Assembly (NCBI GenBank): GCA_951406725.2
Contig: OX597822.1
Coordinates: forward strand, 55,304,001-55,368,000
DNA length: 64,000 nt
Reading direction: 5' to 3'
DNA from: Octopus vulgaris
Lineage: Eukaryota
Made by a program: the position numbers and the translations under genes. Shown piece after piece: positions 1 through 14,059 of this stretch. Position 1 is the stretch's first letter; each line of letters begins with the position of its first letter. Below the pieces are notes generated by a model that was not told the origin of the DNA, made no database searches, and saw only the letters and a program-made list of their open reading frames with translations.

Positions 1-183
1 GGGTGACTGTTGATATTCCATAAACAACTTCGCCCGAACTTGTGCCTCGGAGGGGAACCTTCTAGGTGCAATCCCACGGTCATTCATGATCGAAAGGGGT
101 TGTACCCATTTTAATAATAACAACGATAATATGGACAGTGACGGCATCAATGATGATGATGATGATGATGATTACAACGACAG

Positions 184-790
184 TTTTTTTTTTTTTGCCT
201 GTGGGTATTGATCAAAGGCGAGGTTACACCGACAAGTTACAATGTGTGGGTGAGTTTAAGTTTACATAAAATCGATTGGGGAAAAAGAAAAGGAAATGAA
301 ATAAAAAATATCTAATATGTAAATTTAAATTTCCTTACGAAACAATCTTAAAAAATCCAAAAATTAAATCGTACAACATTCAGAAAAATTGAAGTAAAAG
401 CTTCAACTTTCCAAGAAAATGCTCCGATTATCATCAACCCATTCATAACAAAAACTGAAAAAAAATCTAGAACCGATTAAAGAGAAATTTTTGGAATTAA
501 AGAACGACCTAACTGTATAAGTTCTCCACAACAGTTTATCATCTTTCGCAAACAATCTGCACGTCAAACAGCTATCCTGATGTCATTGACCAGATACTCA
601 AAATTTTGCGCTTTTTTTTACCATCTATGTATTTTTGTGAAGTTAGTTTTTCCTCATTTCTCAAAGTCAGATCAAAGGTAAGCGACCGTTTGGTTTCTGA
701 AAATGATGTATATTGTTCAGCCAATAATAAACTATATCGTAGCCACCAAATATATTTTAAAATCATTGGCAAGCATTTTAGATCAATATA
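184..790 (-). mobile_element. Decayed 3' end of an L1/Tx1-like LINE
   Basis: T-run near 184-196 reads as a poly-A tail on the minus strand. ORF 572..772 (ILKYIWWLRY...KILSIW) resembles the Trp-containing C-terminus of Tx1/L1 ORF2. Confidence 0.35.
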
Positions 791-1371
791 AGCGTAACAT
801 CAGTGTTTGTTAGAATGTTGGTTTTTTAAAATTTGTTTTCTGCTAGATTGCTTTTTTTAAAAAAGCTGAATTGAATTTTTCAAGTTTAGTGTTTGACTTT
901 ATTTAATGTTTATTTGATGTTTGATTTGTTCTATTTAATTTTATTGATTTCTATGCTAAGCAGCCCATCAAAATGTTCAGCAAAGTAAAGAAACCAGCTG
1001 AGAATACCTGATATAACTCTTACGAATAAACAATACCTAAAATAAAAAAATACTCCTAAAGATTAACATAAATTAAGAAAAGCTATAATCAATAAAAATA
1101 AAACAGAAATTTGACATCATGACAGTAATATTTAGTTATATTAGGGAGTTAAACGATTTTCTATACGTTTGCATAAACACAATAAAAGAAAATGTAGGTT
1201 TAAATAAACAATGTATGGTTACAAAAGATAAAAGGCCAATGACGTAAAGAAGTCGACAGGAAAGGTACACTAATATGCAGCATAGAGACACAATGCAATG
1301 AAGGAAAATGACAGTAGATAAATCTTCCAGAAAAAAACGAAATATCTATATCATTTTTGATATAGTAAGTA

Positions 1372-1754
1372 CTAGCAGTATCGCCCGGCGTTGCTCAGGT
1401 TTGTAAGGGAAATAACTATAAAGCATTTTTAGAGAGTTATAGCCAAAAAATAGCAAAAAATGGAAAAAAATGATGGTAAATTTTTTTGAGAGTAAAAAAA
1501 GGTGGAGTTGCGTCCCCTAGACAGTTTGCGGTTTGTGTTTCTGATTCTCGACCCCATGTCGAATTTATCGATTTTTTTTCAGAACTGGGGGAACTTTTCA
1601 AAATTTTCGCTGCGTTAGTTTTGAATTATGACATTGGGCTATGTGTGTGTTAAGTTTCATCAGAATCGGTTGAAAGCCGTGGTCAGGGTGAGGGTACAAG
1701 CAAACAGACACACAGAAACACGCACAGACAAACTGCCGTTTATATAGAGAGAGA
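1372..1754 (-). mobile_element. Non-autonomous Helitron
   Basis: The minus strand starts TC (TCTCTCTCTATATAAA) and ends CTAG. A subterminal GC hairpin (CCTGAGCAACGCCGGG) precedes the end, and the element lies between A and T with no TSD. Confidence 0.8.
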
Positions 1755-2288
1755 TTATATGAACAATGAACAAACACAACTCCAAACACTTATTTTTAAT
1801 ACGGAAACATATCTATAGTACATAATTGGTTTAAGGGATATAATATTAGGGGAAAGTGGCTCTCTCCAAAATACGCAATAGGAAACAAACCCCCAAAACG
1901 TCTATAGAACAATATGCGGTAATAATATTGAAGCAGATAAGATACCCAATAAAGAACGATTTAAAGTATTTTGACAACGCACTTTTTGATCTAACTACAC
2001 CAAACGTATCAGTTGGTCAAAAGTCTGCGTAACTACGAGAAAAACTGGAAAAAAAACCCACTTCAACGCAGTGTAGTATCTAAATCTGATTTCGAATCCA
2101 GTTTCCAAATCTGCTTTAGACAGATTTGGAACTGGATGTTCTCCCAAAGACTCGGGTTTGATTACATTCAACTAAAATGTTAACCCAAGATTGCAACGAA
2201 AACACCCATTTTACTTTTTATGGTTTGGGTCAGGATAAGGCAAATGTGCACATGATCTTCGTAAATCATATGCACGGTTGTTAACAGG

Positions 2289-2680
2289 ATATACTCTTTT
2301 TTACTCTTTTACTTGTTTCAGTCATTTGACTGCGGCCATGCTGGAGCACCGCCTTTAATCGAGCAACTCGACCCCGGGACTTATTCTTTGTAAGCCCAGT
2401 ACTTATTCTATCGGTCTCTTTTGCCGAACCGCTAAGTAACGGGGACATAAACACACCAGCATCGGTTGTCAAGCAATGCTAGGGGGACAAACACACACAT
2501 ACATACATATATATATATACATATATACGACAGGCTTCTTTCAGTTTCCGTCTACCAAATCCACTCACAAGGCATTGGTCGGCCCGGGGCTATAGCAGAA
2601 GACACTTGCCCAAGATGCCGCGCAGTGAGACTGAACCCGGAACCATGTAGTTGGTTAGCAAGCTACTTACCACACAGCCG
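2289..2680 (-). mobile_element. tRNA-derived SINE, family 1 (CORE-like, internal microsatellite)
   Basis: Head GGCTGTGTGGTAAG...GGGTTCAGTC, core CTTGGGCAAGTGTCTTCT, tail GAAACAAGTAAAAGAG. Many copies in the window. Confidence 0.85.
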
Positions 2681-3917
2681 ACACTGATGAAGTTGGTTGA
2701 TATTCATCGGGAACAGTTGCAAGTCGACGTGTGTAGGACCACAGTTCCGGGCGATTGACGTTCTAGGATGGAAGGAGTGGACAAAGTGATCTGTGCGGAA
2801 ATTAGAAGGGAGGTACAATTTGAAAGATAAAAAACGAAGAGACGATGGTCAGTACAAAACTAAGGTAGAGGAGATACGTAACTAGATAACACTAATAATA
2901 ATTAGTGGCGTATGGTGATTATTGTCATTGGGTGTGATGCAACTGACCATACAATGATTAACATTAAGCATTACACAAATTAAGCATACAAACTGTGTAT
3001 TTCTATTCAAAATGTAAACGTAAATCAACTGGGACACAGGTATATAGCACTAATTGAGATTCAGGTATATGGCACAGGTATATGGCACTGAATAAATAAT
3101 ACTCTATAAACTGTAAGCATTCTAATATAAGCCAAAATTTTCTTAGGCGCTCACACTGAAAAATAAGAAACCATATAATTTTACTTATTTAAATTACTTA
3201 TATGTAAGTTCAGTCCTTTGAGACGCAAAATGTTCGATAAACTCATCGTACAACGAACCATTTTGTTATTAGTTTTGAAAACAAATTAAGATCAAAGTTA
3301 TATGGTGATATTGTAAAAAAAAATTAGTTTTAGTTTAAGAATTTAAAATTAATTTAAACGTACAATTTTTCACCACGAAAACGAACATGCGACCCTGCTG
3401 TCAAAGCAGTCGCACACCCCTCATCGTTAATCTTTTGCTATCCTATTATTTTACGATACGCCCGGTATCATATTTTGATACAGTGCGCTGTGAGGTGTGC
3501 AATCTTATATCAGAACACCCGCCACAAAATTTCAAGCAAGGGTATACAAAGTTTTCCATTATGATTTGTGATTAAATTAATGAGTAAGGTTAATATTTAT
3601 AACGAATTTGTCATTTTCGATAAGCCTGTAGTGCACACCTAGCACACCCGGAATGTATGCCCCTGATGAGAAGCGACCGTTGTTAGTGGTGAACGAATAT
3701 TTGCCAATATAGCAAAACACAGTAAACTAGACCTCGCGTCTCAAGAACCCTAGTTTCTACCACTTCATTTTTGCCCCTGTAATCTAGCATTCATCACAAA
3801 TATGCACTGCATAAGTCCTTTCTTTATGGAACACGCGCCACTTTCACCACCTTCCTCCTATGTCTTTCAATAGAGCCGAAAAATGCAACACTAGAAACCG
3901 CACCATCATAACATTTT

Positions 3918-4058
3918 GTAGTAAGAAGTTTGCTTCCCAACTTCATGGCTCCAGGCTCAGTCCCACTGCGTGGGCAAATGTCTTCTGCTATAGCCTCGAG
4001 CTGACCAACGCCTTGTGAGTGGATTTGGTAGACGGAAACTGAAAGAAACCCGTCGTAT

Positions 4059-4134
<76 letters not shown>

Positions 4135-4358
4135 TACGTGTCTTTGTGTATGTGTTCGTCCCTTCCACCACTTGACAACAGGTGTTGGTATGCTTACGTG
4201 CTCGTAACTTAGCGGTTCGGCAAAAGATATTGATAGAAAAAGTACCAGGCTTTACAAAATAATATATACTGGGGTCGATTCGTTCAACTAAAAATTCTTC
4301 AAGGTGGTGCCCCAGCATGGTCGCAATCTAATGACTGAAACAAGTAAACGATATAAGA
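3918..4358 (+). mobile_element. SINE family 1
   Basis: Same head, core and tail as 2289-2680, with internal (TG)n. Confidence 0.85.
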
Positions 4359-4661
4359 CAAAACTCACTTGTTATAGATTTTAGGTGTCATCGTGCCATC
4401 ACAAGATCTTTCAAAGACAACAATATTGAGGGTCACTGGGATATTCCGGAATTTACATCGTCATCGGCTCTTAAAGTGCAGGCAGCACAAAGGTAATCTT
4501 CAGGACTGTGAGCTTGAACAATCCTGAAAGACACCCGCCTCTGCAGCCAGTAATTTTACACCAGGTTTCTTGCTTTAAGTACGAGAATTTTCGCTTAGAG
4601 CTATCCTAAGACAGAATGAAGCAATTAAAAAAAATGAATAGCAGTAGGTATAACTAAGTTT

Positions 4662-5333
4662 TATTATAACTAGGTTCATAGAATTTCATCAGCAATTTAT
4701 ATTTACTCACGAATATAGTAAGCAAAGCTTCAAGGAAATGTATCGTTAACTACACCATTTGATAAACACTTTTATGAAAGCTTCAAGTTAATTAAAATAA
4801 ACATACAGCCGAGCGCTGTTACTTTACATTCCGCCAGAGAAAACTTAAAACACGTTTACTAATTATGGTCATATGCATGAATAGATAAAGCGCAAGAAAA
4901 AAGTTTTCTGGTAAATGACCAGACTTGAGAATATCCTGTTTAGAAAAAAATACTCTTTTCCTGTAGGGTGTTTACGAAAATATATCTTACCTACACACAC
5001 ACACACAATATGTGTAAGATATATTTATGTGAACACCCAACAGGAAAATAATATTTTTGCAAACAGTATATTCTAAAGCCTGGACATTTACCAGAACTTT
5101 ATGTTTTAGCTATCTACATTTATGATCATCATTAGTAAACGCATTTTAATTATTTTCTTCCAAAATGTAAAGTAACAGCGCCTGGCTGTATGTTTATTTT
5201 AATTAACTTGAAACTTTTATAAAAGTGTTTATAAAATGATATAGTTAAGGTTACATGTCTTTGAAGCTGTTTATTATATTCCTTGAGTCAGGAATATGAA
5301 CTACTGAGGAATTCTAAGAACCTGGTTATAATA
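4662..5333. mobile_element. ~670 bp fold-back element / MITE (long imperfect inverted repeat)
   Basis: Arms match along the whole length, e.g. TTCAAGTTAATTAAAATAAACATACAGCC vs GGCTGTATGTTTATTTTAATTAACTTGAA. Ends are TATTATAACTAGGTTC / GAACCTGGTTATAATA, with the centre near 4995-5010. Confidence 0.8.
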
Positions 5334-5343
5334 TGAACTTAAA

Positions 5344-6095
<752 letters not shown>

Positions 6096-6625
6096 GGTGA
6101 TTGCTGCTTCTTTTCAGAATAATTACCATCTGTCCTAAAGCTATCGATTAAGCATCCGGCTGTGGGCCCGTAAGTGGCTCTTAAGCCCGGATGCAGAGCT
6201 ACAAGTATTGTCACAAATATGACAATGGAAACAAATATTGTGTCCCTAATCATATTAAGGATAAGAATTACAATATCTAATCAGACTACTTTGAGAATGA
6301 CAAATTTTTCTATAGACATGATAAATATAATGTGGCCTTTGCGCTAAAAGTGCATCATAGTCAGCCTATGTCTACCTTACTATATGCGATTTTTGGTGAT
6401 ATGTATTGAGTGCTTGCCATCGTCTTTTAAAAGGATTTATACATGCTATTGTGCACCATACCCGATGAACTCAACACCACGGAAAGAGATACAGATGTGA
6501 GCGGCAAGGTCAGCCTTATTTACTGAAATACTGAGCACCAGATTGAGACAGACAACATAGCAGTGCCCCAGTGCATCCACTGTAGGATCGTTGAAACGGG
6601 TGAAAGAAGTGTATGTATGCGTGCA

Positions 6626-6681
<56 letters not shown>

Positions 6682-6739
6682 AGCTCGCGTAAGTACGCAC
6701 ACTTACATATGCATCTCTCCCCCTCTCTTTCTCTCTCTC

Positions 6740-6851
<112 letters not shown>

Positions 6852-6941
6852 TAATAATATCAGGGTAATACAGATTTTAGAAATGTTTACTACCAATAGC
6901 TTAGCGTATAGAAAAATTAGTCAACAGACTATATATTATTC

Positions 6942-7251
6942 ATATAAAATACTGTGCACATTTAAACACATTAAGAGGTATCCATCATAGGACTCCCTTA
7001 CGCTAGAAGGAACAGCTAAAGTCCAAATCACTAATTAGGGATAAATTCTCGAAGGGAATGAAAAATTAAACATTTAACCATCTATTTCCTGGACCATAAT
7101 TTCAGAAATCATGGTCCACGAAATAGATGATAAATGTTTTTATTTTTCATTCCCTAATTAGTGGTTTGGACTTTAGCTGTTCCTTCTAGCATGAGGGAGT
7201 CCTATGATGGATACCTCTTAATGAGCTTAAATGTACACTGTATTTTATATA
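6942..7251. repeat. ~310 bp inverted repeat (fold-back element)
   Basis: ATTAAGAGGTATCCATCATAGGACTCCCT vs AGGGAGTCCTATGATGGATACCTCTTAAT; centre near 7100. Confidence 0.85.
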
Positions 7252-7885
7252 TATTTATTAATATTTCCGTCATATCAATATTAATTAGCTAATGCGTAAA
7301 ATATAAATCGATGAAACATTTCACGCCTGTGATGAGGAACAATTTATTAGAAATGATTTATATTTTGCCATTGTAATGATTAGGTTTGAGTGATTATGTA
7401 GTTTAGGTCAATTAATTAACATTAATTTCTTTGAACTCTTCTGGGAGTGTCACTGGCATCCATTGTAAGTACAGCGTTGTCTCTTTCAAATGACAATAGC
7501 ATTACACAAAATGTATCAATGGATGACCGCTGTCTATCAGTGCTGGTAATTACCGAGGGCGTTAGCTATGAATATACATTCTAACGATGCAGCTTTAAGA
7601 CTTGTCAACCTGGATTGACAAGTGACAGGTTCCATATTCCGTCTTTTTTTTCTTAAATTAATATTCATACGATTCTATATAATGTTGAAACAACTGAAGA
7701 GGCTCTGCTTCTTTTTTTTTTTTTTTTGGTATTGTTAGTGTTGTTATTGTTGTTGTGCTTCAAGTCTCTGATATAGCAATAACTATATCTCCTTGTATTG
7801 CCAAAAACTACAATATCCCAACGATTCCCCATTTTTTAAAATGTTTTTTTTTTTAATATGTTTTCTGAGAGAAATATAACTGATA

Positions 7886-8535
7886 CAGTACAACCTCACA
7901 GTGCGAGTGCACCATTGTACGAGTAATTTGCTGTACGAGCCGAAGCTCGTGCGAGTTTCATACAAGCGACCGCTAAAACGGCGCTGAGCTCGCACACACT
8001 CTCCTAACAAGCGCAGCCTCTGCTCTCTCATTTCAGGTGTTCATTTCGTTGCGGCAATCCCTGTTATGTTTTCCCAGTGTTTTTTTTAGTTTTGTGCATT
8101 TTTTGCTATTATTTTATATTTAGTTGCGTTAGCCATGGGTCCTAAGAAGGTTAGTGCAAAGGACAGTGCTGAGAAGAAGAAAAAGCTGATTACGATAGAA
8201 TTGAAGACGGAAATCATTGATAAACATGAGAGAGGAATGCGTGTAGTGGACAAGAAAAAGGATGAGATCAAGGCCGTTACAACAGCAAAGGGCGTATCCA
8301 GGCTCTCCAAGCAACGCACATCTGCCCACGAAGGGAGTGAAAAATTGCTTTACTTCTGGATCGACGAGAAGCAACTCGCAGGGGATACGATTACGGAGAC
8401 CATCATCTGCGAGAATGCAAGAGCGCTGTATGGGGATCTCTTGAAGCAGAACCCTGAAACATCGACGGAGGAGACATCAGCAGAAGCATTTAAGGCCAAC
8501 CACGGCTGGTTCGATAATTTCAAAAAGAGGACTGG
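7886..8535 (+). mobile_element. pogo/Tigger DNA transposon, 5' portion with truncated transposase (TIGD1-like CENP-B HTH)
   Basis: TA|CAGTACAACCTC terminus. The ORF from 8135 reads MGPKK...ITIELKTEII...EKLLYFWIDEKQLAGD...IICENARALY...FKANHGWFDNFKKRTG. It has an internal deletion in the first HTH, no DDE domain, and homology stops at ~8535. Confidence 0.88.
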
Positions 8536-8539
8536 TAGA

Positions 8540-9080
8540 GCGGAAAGGAATAATTTTGGAGAAGATTTACCTAGAATATGTGATATGGAAATGGATACCA
8601 TGCTGGCAACGAATATGAAGGCCTTCCCAGTGGCCTTACTTGCCAGAGAGCCATGGGTTGGAAGTAGAGTGAAAATGGTTCATCAAAATTCATAGATATT
8701 CTATTGGCAAATATCAGTTGCAGAGTTTGAGGTGAAAGGACTCGCCAGCTATGCTATGCTTGAAAACATCCTTTGTAGTTTCGATGCTGGAGAAGAGAAA
8801 TCCAGTTTGTAAGGGCAGGAAAATTTCTTCCAAACATTGTAAGTCGAGCGTCTTGCCTGAAATATGCAGCGCAATTACGAGTGTATCTCTTGAGAAGTTT
8901 AAGGATGTACGTTTTTCTTGCTTCATGATATTGTTGAAGAGCATGCATTAGAGGACGGAGTCAGTCATCCCCCACTAGCTAAATCCCTGACATTTTTGAT
9001 GGGTCAGAGATGAACCACGTACACTGCCTAGGATAAAAGGCATAAAACTGGTGAGACTCTGACCAACCAGATCTGATTCA
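8540..9080 (-). mobile_element. Decayed fragment of another putative transposon-derived ORF
   Basis: Minus-strand translation RNFPALTNWISLLQHRNYKGCFQA*HSWR loosely resembles the LPPT..AL.QH..RA.YQA..W motif I recall from invertebrate transposon-derived proteins. Confidence 0.25.
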
Positions 9081-9391
9081 GGGAAGTGTGTGTGTGTGTG
9101 TGCATGTGTATAAGAGAAATTGTAGTATGTATGTATGTATGTATGTATGTATGTATGTATGTATGTATGTATGTAGATATGTCGTAGGTAATTTCGATGA
9201 AAAGTGGTAGGACGACTTCTAAACACTCAATATTTCGTACACAAAAGGCTACTCTCAGTCATTTAAAAATAAGTCAACAAAAATATTAATTCCAAGTTTT
9301 CTGCTACGACAATCTTCATAATAAGCTCGGAAACCAGGAGCAGTCACAAAACAAACTTAAATCAAACATTATAACCACAGGTGATTATATA

Positions 9392-9955
9392 CAGGGTTGG
9401 CCAAAAGTCACCTGACAGTAAATCAAAACCCTTTAATTCTAAGATTTATTTATGTTTAACAACTGAATGAATTTAATAAAAGCATCTAAATATGAAACAT
9501 CATGAAAATTGTTCAAAGTGATGTCCTTCTTGAGTAATACATTTTCCATTCGAATCAATGCAGAATTTATTTTTTAATTTTTTTTATGCACCCTTTTCAA
9601 GCCTAGCCAGGCTCATTGGCTCGGTTTCCCCGGTTTCTGTGGCGTATGTGTTCCCCCCAGCTGGACGGGACGCCAGTCCATGGCAGCGTTACCCAAGAAA
9701 CAGGAAGAAAGAGAGAAAGTTGGGGCGAAAGAGTACAACAGGGGTCGCCACCACCCCCTGCCGGAGCCTCGTGGAGCTTTTAGGTGTTTTCGCTCAATAA
9801 ACACACACAACGCCCGGTCTGGGAATCGAAACCGCGATCCTCCGACCGCGAGTCCGCTGCTCTAACCACTGGGCCATTGCGCCTCCACAATGCAGAATTA
9901 CAGATAGTATTTATAAAATTTTTATTTGCTGTTGGGTGACTTTTGGCTAACCCTG
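9392..9955. mobile_element. Tc1/mariner-type MITE
   Basis: TIRs CAGGGTTGGCCAAAAGTCACC / GGTGACTTTTGGCTAACCCTG with TA on both sides; interrupted by a SINE. Confidence 0.9.
9568..9887 (-). mobile_element. tRNA-derived SINE, family 2, nested in the MITE
   Basis: Head GGAGGCGCAATGGCCCAGTGGTTAG...GGTTTCGATTCCC (A/B boxes), A-rich tail, and 12-bp TSD CAATGCAGAATT (9556-9567, 9888-9899). Confidence 0.9.
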
Positions 9956-9959
9956 TATT

Positions 9960-10173
9960 CAGTAATCCCTCGACTATCGCGGGTGTTACGTTCCAAAACC
10001 TACCGCAATAGGTGAAAACCCGCGAAGTAGAAACAGTACTGTACTGTATATTTTTATTATTATTTGTATATATTTTATTTTATTATAAATGCAAAACAAC
10101 ACCACTGAGGTATCGACGTAAGCTTAAATAATAAACTGCAATAGGTGAACCGCGATATGGTAAGGGAATTTTG
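9960..10173. mobile_element. Tigger/pogo-type MITE
   Basis: CAGTAATCCCTCG terminus with a degenerate AGGGAATTTTG|TA end and repeated GCAATAGGTGAA subterminal motifs. Confidence 0.6.
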
Positions 10174-10366
10174 TATATAATATGTGTGTGTGTATTATAC
10201 ATACATAGATGTGTGTGTGTGTGATTAAATATATGGCTTATCAAACACCTATAAAGCGAGGTGCTGCACTTCTTTCTGCTTTCCAAACAAGGTAGCCTGT
10301 GAATAGCAATTCTGTTGATCAGATTCTAACATTTGAGAAAACGTATTATAAAAATACAGACAGATC

Positions 10367-10529
10367 AGGCGCAGGAGTGGCTGTGTGGTAAGTAGCTTGC
10401 TAACCAACCACATGGTTCCGGGTTCAGTCCCACTGCGTGGCATCTTGGGCAAGTATCTTCTGCTATAGCCCCGGGCCGACCAATGCCTTGTGAGTGGATT
10501 TGGTAGACGGAAACTGAAAGAAGCCTGTC

Positions 10530-10591
<62 letters not shown>

Positions 10592-10810
10592 ATGTATGTG
10601 TGTGTGTGTTTGCGTGTCTGTGTTTGTCCTCCTAGCATTGCTTGACAACCGATGCTGGTGTCCTCGTCACTTAGCGGTTCGACAAAAGAGACCGATAGAA
10701 TAAGTACTGGGCTTACAAAGAATAAGTCCCGGGGTCGAGTTGCTCGACTAAAGGCGGTGCTCCAGCATGGCCGCAGTCAAATGACTGAAACGAGTAAAAG
10801 AGTAAAAGAG
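10367..10810 (+). mobile_element. SINE family 1, full length
   Basis: GGCGCAGGAGTGGCTGTGTGGTAAG head, (GAGTAAAA)n tail, AGATCAG flanking both ends. Confidence 0.9.
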
Positions 10811-11074
10811 ATCAGTATTAGGTAATCTGATAGAGTAACAAGGCGGAAAATTCAACATTGAAAATAGAAAGTTCCATAGAAAACTAAAGTGTGCTGATAT
10901 CAGTGAGAAATTTAAGGCGTATATGACTCTATTCTGTTTAAGCTACTTTCAAAACATTACCTCTGCTGTCACTACTACCTGCTCTGTTTTCCTATCTCTC
11001 TTTCTCTCGCTGTCGCCTTCTCTTCTCTCACCACCATTGTTTTCAATATCCAATTCGAATTCTCACATTATTTG

Positions 11075-11634
<560 letters not shown>

Positions 11635-11636
<2 letters not shown>

Positions 11637-12441
11637 AAATGGGGCAAGAACGCAAAACTTCCGGACAGCTAGGTGGCACAAAAAGAGATAACATAACATC
11701 CAGATAGACGATACAAAGAAAACAAGGACGGGTTATTCGAAGTTTTCCTTCTTCAGTCAAGCACCAGATTATCCTCGCAATTTCGGCTGATTATTCTTGA
11801 GATTACTCCAATCTGGCCAGCCCCAAGGAAAACTAAGCTAAGAGCAATAGATTCCTTGGAAGAAAGCAGCGAATGTATACAAAAACAAGGACGGAAAAAA
11901 GCGGACGTTACACAAATATAGTTACAATAAAATATATAATAAAAATAATAACATGACATAACAACGGGTGTCTTTCGACTAAGGACGAATTGAATTAAGC
12001 TGGCGCGCGTGTGGAAATGAAGCCTTACGGCAGAGATACAAGAATTTCACATACACAGGGAAGAATTTCGATGTTGCACGGACAACATTCAGACAAAGAA
12101 AGAAAGAGCAGGCTGGCCGATCGGTTACGAGGGAAGAGAAGAGAGAGAAGTAGAAACAGATGGACAGAAGAATTAAGAAGGGGGAAGAGAAGAGAGAGAA
12201 GTAGAAGCAGAAGGACAGAAGAATTAAGGAGGGGCTAGAAAAAATGACAGGGACACAGTGAAGTGAAAAGTGGAGGGAAAGTGAGTAAGAAGAGAAGGCA
12301 AAGAAATGTGAGAGAAGAGAAACGACAGAACGAAGAGTGGAATGAACAAATAAGCGTGAAAGGGCTGATAGAAATAGAGTCGTACAAGATTTTGAAAAAA
12401 TGTATACTTACATATAAGAGAACAAGTGTATGTACGCCGCT

Positions 12442-12495
<54 letters not shown>

Positions 12496-12533
12496 CAAAA
12501 TGGGACAAGAACGCAAAACATCCGGACAGCTAG

Positions 12534-12591
<58 letters not shown>

Positions 12592-13641
12592 GTTTTTAAT
12601 TTTCATTCCTTTCGAAAATTTATCCTTTTTGGTAGTTTTGAGTTTTCTACTGCTCTTTCTAGCACAAGGCTTTCCTATATATATATATATATATATATAC
12701 AAAATGGGGCAAGAACGCAAAACTTCCGGACAGCTAGGTGACACAAAAAGAGATAACATAACATCCAGATAGACGATACAAAGAAAACAAGGACGGGTTA
12801 TTCGAAGTTTTCCTTCTTCAGTCAAGCACCAGATTATCCTCGCAATTTCGGCTGATTATTCTTGAGATTACTCCAATCTGGCCAGCCCCAAGGAAAACTA
12901 AGCTAAGAGCAATAGATTCCTTGGAAGAAAGCAGCGAATGTATACAAAAACAAGGACGGAAAAAAGCGGACAATGTTACACAAATATAGTTACAATAAAA
13001 AATATAATAAAAATAATAACATGACATAACAACGGGTGTCTTTCGACTAAGGACGAATTGAATTAAGCTGGCGCGCGTGTGGAAATGAAGCCTTACGGCA
13101 GAGATACAAGAATTTCACATACACAGGGAAGAATTTCGATGTTGCATGGACAACATTCAGACAAAGAAAGAAAGAGCAGGCTGGCCGATCGCTCACGAGA
13201 GAAGAGAAGAGAGAGAGGTAGAAACAGAGGGACAGAAGAATTAAGGAGGGGCGAGAAAAAAAGACAGGAACACAGTGAAGTGAAAAGTGGAGGGAAAGTG
13301 AGTAAGAAGAGAAGGCAAAGAAATGTGAGAGAAGGGAAACGAAAGAATGAAGAGTGGAATGAACAAATAAGCGTGAAAGGGCTGATAGAAATAGAGTCGT
13401 ACAATATTTTGAAAAAATGTATACTTACATATAAGAGAACAAAGTGTATGTACGCCGCTATATATATATATATATATATAAAATGCAAAATGGGACAAGA
13501 ACGCAAAACATCCGGACAGCTAGGTGATATATATATATATATATATATATAACGTTTTTAATTTTCATTCCTTTCGAAAATTTATCCTTTTTTGGTAGTT
13601 TTGAGTTTTCTACTGCTCTTTCTAGCACAAGGCTTTCCTAT
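11635..13641 (-). mobile_element. Tandem duplication (~1.06 kb period) of a Penelope-like relic within (TA)n
   Basis: Near-identical units start at ~11635 and ~12700. The terminal motif CAAAATGGGRCAAGAACGCAAAACWTCCGGACAGCTAGGTG occurs four times. Each unit has a degenerate hammerhead-like core (CTGAAGA AGG AAAA CTT CGAA) on the minus strand. Confidence 0.6.
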
Positions 13642-13658
13642 TTGGAAGCCTCTTATTG

Positions 13659-13868
<210 letters not shown>

Positions 13869-14020
13869 TACAAATCGTGTAATACTAAAGATATGCAAAA
13901 CTTTCTTAAAGTTTTGTATCCAATGATTATCATTGTTGCTATCCAAATTCCAGTAATGGAGTATTTGTTTCTTTGTTAGAAGACGGTTTCCTCCTTCTTG
14001 GAAGAATACAGATAGAAAAA

Positions 14021-14055
<35 letters not shown>

Positions 14056-14059
14056 AACA

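Noticed and set aside
4385-4491. AG...GT-bounded open frame (CHRAITRSFKDNNIEGHWDIPEF...)
   Set aside because: Weak polypyrimidine tract, no recognised homology and no partner exons. It cannot be supported without RNA data.
8135-8695. 186-aa ORF as a domesticated TIGD gene
   Set aside because: It has an internal deletion, no DDE domain, a TIR upstream, and a C-terminus that is read-through into unrelated sequence.
12011-13552. Arg/Glu/Lys-rich ORFs in the tandem duplication
   Set aside because: Purine-rich low-complexity repeat sequence; stops and frames differ between the two copies.
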